Assembly (NCBI GenBank): GCA_963676915.2
Contig: CAXXVK010000009.1
Coordinates: 1-32,945, forward strand
Reading direction: 5' to 3'
Source of the DNA: Myxococcota bacterium
GTDB taxonomy: Bacteria > Myxococcota_A > SURF-8 > G963663525
Length of the DNA: 32,945 nucleotides
In this document: in pieces, positions 26,671 to 32,945 of the stretch
Layout: the number at the start of each line of letters is the position of its first letter
Position numbering within the stretch: position 1 is the first letter of the stretch
Made by a program: the position numbers and the translations under genes
The notes under the pieces: generated by a model
What the model was told of the DNA's origin: nothing
Database searches by the model: none
The model's input: only the letters and a program-made list of their open reading frames with translations

Positions 26671-29127
26671 ATGCCACGAATAGTTCAAATAGGTTTTCCG
26701 TGCCACACTAAAGAACCTACGTATATCAGCGTAAAGTTTATCAAAACTAACGCACACCACGTTGTAAATGCGGAGGCAGGTGAACTCGAAAGTTCTTCTG
26801 GTGCGCACTATATTTTTGAAACTCTTAGACTTAAAGAGACCACTTCTTCCCAATATTTTTCATTCGAACAATTTCCTCTTTATGACACCTCTCACATGCC
26901 TAAAACTCTATATAATGGTGATTCCGATGGAGCAGCATGTGCATTGGCCGTTGCCGCAGGGGATGAATTGAATGAAATCGACGGCGATGTACCTATTGTG
27001 CTTGTTTCATGCGCGATCAAACAAACAAAACAGAAAGAGGAATTGAAAGGCATCCGCCTGGAACCGGTGGCGACCATTAAAAGTAACGGCAAACAACAGG
27101 TTAATATTGGTTCCCTTGAAAGCAAATGGGAGGCAACTCAAAAAGCTTTTCATAATAACAAAAGCAAAGGTGCCGCTCTGGTTCTAATAAAAAGTGAAGC
27201 AGATAAACTTGGAGAAAAGCTAGATATCGTTCCAATAGAGGTACAAAACTTCAAGGTTTCGTCGTTGGAAAATCAAAATGGACCAAAGCTTGTATCTGTC
27301 GAAACCTATGATGCTCCGGTTCTTGCAAATTGTCTTAATATTCCGGGAGCAATTCTTTCCCCTCCACCGAAAATCCAGGATATCTTTCCCGACATTGAAG
27401 AGCCGGTGCCGGATACAGGGATTGTTCCTCGTATAGAACCTTGGGACCGTGCTCTCACTCGCCTCGTTGAAAACCAAACGTCGAAAATACCTCAACGGCT
27501 CGGTACACTAGCAGGTTTTGATCGGCAGTCATTCCTTTTTATCGTTGAAAGCGATCAACCCAAAGCGACTTATAACGAACTGCGACGGTATGAACGCCTT
27601 TTATTCGATGCTTGCCGATCAAGAGCGAAAGAAAATTTTTACAAAACGCGTTTCTGGCTTCCAATGTCTCATTCAAGTTTTCCCAATGGTCCAAACAATG
27701 CGGATGATTTTTTCCAGGCTGTAGTTCCTTCTCATCACATTCATGCCGAATATTTTAAAAAAAAGGGAAATATTGAAGAAGAACTGATTGTTGGGTTTCA
27801 TTTCAGCCTTTACGCCGACGAGCTGAAGCCTGATGTGTATCAATGTCTGATCAACTGGTGTAAAAGGATTTTTCACGGCTTCGAAGTGTCCTCCGAGCAA
27901 ATTCCCAGTAATTTCACGTATACTCCTCAAACAGCCAACCCTGCAGTGGTAATCGAAATCGTTTCTCCGGATGGTCAGGTACGTCAGGAAATTTTTCAAC
28001 AATTCCAAAGGGGTCTTTCACTTTTGAATCTACCATGCCCCCCTGTTTGTTTTGGCTTGCTCTACGAATCTGCAGACCATGTACCTGAATTTGTAGAGGT
28101 GGAGCAACAGGAGATGTCCTTGAAAAATGGGCTTCTGGATTTCAGGAAACGTTCAACGGTTCAGCCTGCAATAGGTACAAAGCTTGTCAGTTGTTTGGTT
28201 TCCATATTGGAAAATGAACAATTTTTCAATGACTTTGCCAGTAATCCCAAACTCAATCCACTTTTCGTTGCCTACAATTATTACATTGATAACAACCGGG
28301 AAGCTTTTAAAAAAACATCCTGTACTGCTTCTGAGTTACTGGAAGATATTACATGCTTTTCGAAATTAGCAGGATTGGATTTGAATCCCCTCCTCGACAG
28401 CTTTTTTTATGCTATAAAAACCTACAAACCAATCTGGATTGTGGCTTGGATCGAAGCTCTTATGGAAAAACGCACCCCTGAGCTTTTTGCTATTGCACTG
28501 TCTCATGCTGTCCAAACGGGGGGTGAATGCAACAACTGTATGGATCAAATCGTGTACATGTGCTTCAAATTCATCCAATCCGCATTGACTTCAAAATCTT
28601 TTATTAGCGACGGGGAAAAACTACAACAAGAAATCGACAAAATAATTCCCGATAGCCAAGCATTTTATCCTGTTTCAGAATGCCCGAAAGTATCGATTGC
28701 AGACTCTTTTTGTTTCGCTATATTACGATACGAACGTTCCTGCAAGGATAAAAAAACAAGTCAAATTTCTGAACTTTTATTGAAAAAATTGCATCCCAAC
28801 GTAACGGATCAGTGGAATTGCATTTATAGCGATGGGATGAACGAATGCAATTCACTTACTAGTGACCAAATGATTTATTTACTGACAAACGGCATACATT
28901 TAGATCTTAAAGATGCGCTGAAATTGTCAATCGAAAATTCTGGTGATCCACGTTCCCAAAAGGTTGTAGGCCAATTGAAGTTTACCTCGGATGAAATAGA
29001 GCACCTCATCAGTTGGGAACGCGATTTACGAGCTATTTTTGGCCTATTAACACCGGATGAATACGTTGAGCTTGCAAAGGATCAACGAGCCGTAATGAAA
29101 ATAAAACACTTGCGACAGGAAAATTGA
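26671..29127 (+). CDS. Hypothetical protein (818 aa) with N-terminal Lon-like (S16) Ser-Lys protease domain
   Basis: NGDSDGAACALA (S85) and IGSLESKWEA (K152) parallel Lon DGPSAG / IGGLKEK; starts 2 nt after the upstream stop. Confidence 0.7.
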   Translation: MPRIVQIGFPCHTKEPTYISVKFIKTNAHHVVNAEAGELESSSGAHYIFETLRLKETTSSQYFSFEQFPLYDTSHMPKTLYNGDSDGAACALAVAAGDELNEIDGDVPIVLVSCAIKQTKQKEELKGIRLEPVATIKSNGKQQVNIGSLESKWEATQKAFHNNKSKGAALVLIKSEADKLGEKLDIVPIEVQNFKVSSLENQNGPKLVSVETYDAPVLANCLNIPGAILSPPPKIQDIFPDIEEPVPDTGIVPRIEPWDRALTRLVENQTSKIPQRLGTLAGFDRQSFLFIVESDQPKATYNELRRYERLLFDACRSRAKENFYKTRFWLPMSHSSFPNGPNNADDFFQAVVPSHHIHAEYFKKKGNIEEELIVGFHFSLYADELKPDVYQCLINWCKRIFHGFEVSSEQIPSNFTYTPQTANPAVVIEIVSPDGQVRQEIFQQFQRGLSLLNLPCPPVCFGLLYESADHVPEFVEVEQQEMSLKNGLLDFRKRSTVQPAIGTKLVSCLVSILENEQFFNDFASNPKLNPLFVAYNYYIDNNREAFKKTSCTASELLEDITCFSKLAGLDLNPLLDSFFYAIKTYKPIWIVAWIEALMEKRTPELFAIALSHAVQTGGECNNCMDQIVYMCFKFIQSALTSKSFISDGEKLQQEIDKIIPDSQAFYPVSECPKVSIADSFCFAILRYERSCKDKKTSQISELLLKKLHPNVTDQWNCIYSDGMNECNSLTSDQMIYLLTNGIHLDLKDALKLSIENSGDPRSQKVVGQLKFTSDEIEHLISWERDLRAIFGLLTPDEYVELAKDQRAVMKIKHLRQEN

Positions 29128-29262
29128 ATTTTGTTTTTTATCGTTTCCTAAGGATGTCTGAATTTCTTACATCCAACCGAATCGGTGATCAGGGATCGAT
29201 TCAAGGGGTCTCAACAGGAATCATCATGGAAACGATCCGCTTCTTGCTTGAAGGAGTAATTC

Positions 29263-32200
29263 ATGCTATCGGACTGGTACATTTGTCAACGCCTTAACGT
29301 TTCCCCGTTTCGAACCTCGGTATTCCTTTCTTCGACGGCAATTTTGAAAGGGACGAATGAAAACTCGCTTTTAGCTAAACTGGCGATTGAAGAAATTACA
29401 AAACTGAACGAATGGCTTCAGTTGATCAGCCTGCAAAACGTACTCCTGCCTTTAAATTGGAACGACTGCAGTGAAGAGTTACAATATTCTATTGAGTCCT
29501 ACACTCAAAAATTGATTGATAAAATATCAAATTACGATTCAGCTCTCCTCAAGCAGTTGTTTCGTGTAGTAAGCAAAGAAGAATTTAAAAAGAATGAATT
29601 CGATAGAATTATTCGAATGATTCTTCCACCGATTATAAAGCAGGCACCAAGAAAACGATCTGCAAGTGCCTATTTAGATTTGCTTGACTTTGCAGACGAA
29701 AACATCCTACTTACTTTTATTCTATATGCTGCCAACCATCTTGAATCGGGTATGAAGTCCTGGCTAGCGGATACCATCAATGAAGAAAAAGAACATCCTT
29801 TTCAATTATTTTTCAATCGCTGCCTATCGGGTTCGTTAGGCCGTCACGCTTTTCGTCTAGCTTTGGATTTATTGCCAGCGAATCAAATCAACAATGTGGA
29901 AGATTTATTCCAAGAGATTCCATCCACGTCTTTGGTAGATGAACCAGACCTGCTTGAATCTCTGATTATCTTGTGGATCAGAAAGCATCGTGATGTATCT
30001 GCCGAAGCATTGACTTCCAAACTGGTTTTCGAAAGCTATCGTTTTTCGCTGTTCCGTTCGATATTCTGCGATTCAATAAGTGGACTTATGCCCCCACTGA
30101 CACCACTTTCACAGGACATCTACAGTTCGATAGGATTGAACGACTGGTTCAATGAAATTGAAAAAGTGTTATTCTTTCGAACTAGTGCTTATCGAATTTC
30201 AATCTGGCAAATCATTTGCTGGGAAGCCGGATTTCAGTTGTCCCCCGAAACATTTGCAAAGGAATTGATCCACAATTGGGCTCCGATATCCGGCACGGAA
30301 ACCACTCGCGTTAAAGTACGTGGACCTAAGCAAGAAAAAGAGCTTTTCTCCAAATGCTTGGTTTCGATAAAAAGTGCTCATGCATGGGACATCAAACGTC
30401 AAATAGATTATGATCCCAAGTCAGATAAAATTCAAGTGGATGCTTTTTCTAAAAATTGGATCTGCTCTCCTTGGGTTCCTTTCAACAGTAGAGATCAAGC
30501 AACGCAGCATTTATATCCATCGTTGGCACCGAGTCGCAAAAATAGCGCTAAAACAAAGCGATTAAAAAATCCACTAGTCTGGCTTCGACTATTGTGCACC
30601 AACGACATAGCAATCAATGCACTGTTACGGTTCGGTTTTGACTCTTACGAATCGGATTCGAACCATGAGATGGTGGAACTCTGCTCCCTTTTTGCTCATA
30701 CTTCCAGTGTATTAGGTATGTTCCGTTCTCTTGAAGGATTGAAAGACGGATCGTCGATCAATGAAATTCCTTATGCGTTCGTTGGAGTGGCACATTACAC
30801 CGTCAAACGGGTGCACAACTCGTTCGATAATACAGAAAAACGTCGACTCATGGAACTTCTCGTCTCTCAACTCGAAGCATATGACGATTCAAAGGTTCCA
30901 ACGATCAACGGGTGTAAAAACCGAGAGATGCACATGTTCATGACTGTGGCTTTGCCACAAATACTCATTTCATGGGCTAGATCATGGTATTTCTCTCTAT
31001 GGGGAGAATCGGATATTGATAAATGGAATGAATTGACCAAGAGAATCTATCGTTGCTATCCGGGACGAAAAACGACTCCCGAATTGGACAAACGCGTACA
31101 TTTTCCAAAAAAAATCGAAGCGGCAGCTTTCATCAAATATATCGATCCTTCTATAGAACCTGACATTCCGAAAGCCAATTACGACTGGAGAGAATTCGAC
31201 TCCCAAAAACGATATTCTGGTTGGAATGACAGCTATTGTAAGATGCTCTATACCGCAAAACTTTTTCCTGAAGAGTGGCGCGACAGAACGGACTGGGAAG
31301 AACCGAAAAAAGAGATCAATCAGTTGACACGCGCCGTTCAACGTGTCGGAAGTCTTGAACTCGATGATACAATCGATCTTGAGAGAAGCAATCGATGGAT
31401 ATTCGACTTGATTGCTGAACTTGATAAGATCAAAGATGTCAAAGAGTTGCCTCTTCTTGTCCGGTTGCGTTTGTTGGAACTTCTTTCGCACAAATCGTCT
31501 CAAAGTTCACATGAATTGATGACTGCCATTTCATGGGCTTTGTTCAGGTTCGGCGGCAGTATGGTGCTTTATAGGCTTTCGGAACGATTTCTTTTTAATG
31601 ACACTGAAATAACAAAAACGCTTGCTGATACTGAAACCAAATATGAACTATTGAAATGGATGATCTACGAGCATCTCTACGGAAGCGACGAGGTCATTGG
31701 TAGTAGTCCGTATGATCCCACCAATCATTTTCGTTCTCTAGATCGAAATACAATTATCGAGCACTCTCTCAAACGAGCTTTTTACTGTACCCTGAAAAAC
31801 GCAAATGAATCCGATCTTCAAGAATTTCTATCGAAACTTGGTGAATTTTTCCAAAAAATATCGAAGGAAAAACTTCCTTTTTCCATAACTAGTGTGGATG
31901 TAGCGGCTTTGGCAGAAAATAAGATCGACAAGTCGATTCTTCCTTCCTCATGGCAACTGAACAGTATTACAAGAGACAATGTGAACGACCGGTTTCATAT
32001 CTATCATGCTCCTCATCTCGGTCGATCGGAAGCCGAACAAAAAAGCTATTTTCAAGTACATGACCTGTTTTATTTGAAAAATATCGATAAACAGCTGCCA
32101 GACAGCTCAAAACGACGTGATAACTACAATCAAGCCATCGGTATTGTAATTGATAGTAAAAACCGGCATTTATTACTAAATGTGGGTTATCCCAATCCGG

Positions 32201-32945
32201 TAGAAGTAGAATGGAGAGGAAATGGCCAACCACCGAGCATCGGAAGAAAATTTAAAGTTCCTCTTAGGATGAATCCTAAAAAGGATTCTTTTGAATACGC
32301 CAGAGGAAGAAGGATCTCCAAGGCGTTTACCGATTATAGCACGGGTACGGTTTTTCTAAACTATAGAGAGAAATGTATCGATTACAAGAATGAATGGCTC
32401 CATATACCGAACGCTGTACTGTCGAACTGTCAGCAAAACAATCTCGATGATCTCCAGTTCCAAAAGGACTTGGTATTTACACATGTGATACCGGATATGG
32501 CAGGTGTTTTCAGAGAAAAACCCGATTTGCCGAACAAGAAAATTTCGGTTCGATTGACCCATGCTGGATTGAAAAAACCTGTAGAAAAGACTAGTATTGA
32601 ATTTTTTATGGATGCCTTCGGAGATCCATCCAAACCCTATAGAATGATCGTGTTGGTGGAGTGGATCCCTGGAGAAGGAATAGATATGGACCAGGTCTTG
32701 GTATCTCTAGAACCTGGTGAAAACTATCTTCTTTCTCCTGATGAATTTACTCCTGAAGCATGGGATACTTTAGACCTGAATGGACAATCATCCGTCCACG
32801 GGCTGCTGGCAGCCGTTCAATTGGTTCGACACAAGGAAAAAGTGCTCATCGATCTCGTTGGCGAAAAAGATGAAGACGATTCCACGATAACAAGAGCCGC
32901 TTTTCCACCGAATTTCCAATACCCCATCGACCGCAGAAATCTTTT
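29263..32945 (+). CDS. Giant hypothetical protein (>1227 aa, runs off the window; absent from the supplied ORF track)
   Basis: aaggag RBS at 29251-29256 and ATG at 29263 (MLSDWYICQRLNVSPF...). I translated frame 1 to base 32945 and found no stop. Confidence 0.9.
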   Translation, partial: MLSDWYICQRLNVSPFRTSVFLSSTAILKGTNENSLLAKLAIEEITKLNEWLQLISLQNVLLPLNWNDCSEELQYSIESYTQKLIDKISNYDSALLKQLFRVVSKEEFKKNEFDRIIRMILPPIIKQAPRKRSASAYLDLLDFADENILLTFILYAANHLESGMKSWLADTINEEKEHPFQLFFNRCLSGSLGRHAFRLALDLLPANQINNVEDLFQEIPSTSLVDEPDLLESLIILWIRKHRDVSAEALTSKLVFESYRFSLFRSIFCDSISGLMPPLTPLSQDIYSSIGLNDWFNEIEKVLFFRTSAYRISIWQIICWEAGFQLSPETFAKELIHNWAPISGTETTRVKVRGPKQEKELFSKCLVSIKSAHAWDIKRQIDYDPKSDKIQVDAFSKNWICSPWVPFNSRDQATQHLYPSLAPSRKNSAKTKRLKNPLVWLRLLCTNDIAINALLRFGFDSYESDSNHEMVELCSLFAHTSSVLGMFRSLEGLKDGSSINEIPYAFVGVAHYTVKRVHNSFDNTEKRRLMELLVSQLEAYDDSKVPTINGCKNREMHMFMTVALPQILISWARSWYFSLWGESDIDKWNELTKRIYRCYPGRKTTPELDKRVHFPKKIEAAAFIKYIDPSIEPDIPKANYDWREFDSQKRYSGWNDSYCKMLYTAKLFPEEWRDRTDWEEPKKEINQLTRAVQRVGSLELDDTIDLERSNRWIFDLIAELDKIKDVKELPLLVRLRLLELLSHKSSQSSHELMTAISWALFRFGGSMVLYRLSERFLFNDTEITKTLADTETKYELLKWMIYEHLYGSDEVIGSSPYDPTNHFRSLDRNTIIEHSLKRAFYCTLKNANESDLQEFLSKLGEFFQKISKEKLPFSITSVDVAALAENKIDKSILPSSWQLNSITRDNVNDRFHIYHAPHLGRSEAEQKSYFQVHDLFYLKNIDKQLPDSSKRRDNYNQAIGIVIDSKNRHLLLNVGYPNPVEVEWRGNGQPPSIGRKFKVPLRMNPKKDSFEYARGRRISKAFTDYSTGTVFLNYREKCIDYKNEWLHIPNAVLSNCQQNNLDDLQFQKDLVFTHVIPDMAGVFREKPDLPNKKISVRLTHAGLKKPVEKTSIEFFMDAFGDPSKPYRMIVLVEWIPGEGIDMDQVLVSLEPGENYLLSPDEFTPEAWDTLDLNGQSSVHGLLAAVQLVRHKEKVLIDLVGEKDEDDSTITRAAFPPNFQYPIDRRNL

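Noticed and set aside
29154-29297. 47-codon ORF between the last two genes
   Set aside because: Short, no RBS at proper spacing, and overlaps the better-supported start at 29263.

Overview
The window has three parts and looks deltaproteobacterial (Myxococcota/Desulfobacterota-like; this is an inference from a MYXO-CTERM-like tail, Cys/Asp-rich surface proteins and multiheme cytochromes). (1) 1-7762 is the 3' part of one giant surface adhesin-like gene (LamG x3, FN3, FG-GAP propeller, thrombospondin-3 repeats, Cys-rich/EGF). It is split by three single-base indels at short G runs. (2) 8.4-23.3 kb holds a redox/sulfur-type cluster: FadL-family porin plus lipoprotein, LysR, Kv-type K+ channel, a 64-aa 4-Cys protein behind a clear sigma54 promoter with paired enhancer-like boxes, an OrpR-like PAS(CX8CX3C) sigma54 activator, ArsR, a Tat 4Fe-4S protein, and a NrfD + cytochrome c3 + octaheme OTR fusion with 13 CxxCH motifs. 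An M23-peptidase lipoprotein with 240-bp tandem repeats follows. (3) From ~23.3 kb to the end is a visibly AT-richer island of five co-oriented genes I cannot assign to named proteins: a divergent ECF-type sigma factor, a possible BECR-fold RNase, a possible anti-sigma/protease substrate, a Lon-like Ser-Lys protease fusion, and a >1227-aa ORF missing from the supplied track. This island is the best candidate for an undescribed protease-to-sigma-factor conflict/defence system. No rRNA, tRNA, CRISPR array or transposase was seen. All family calls come from motif recognition by eye, not from database searches.
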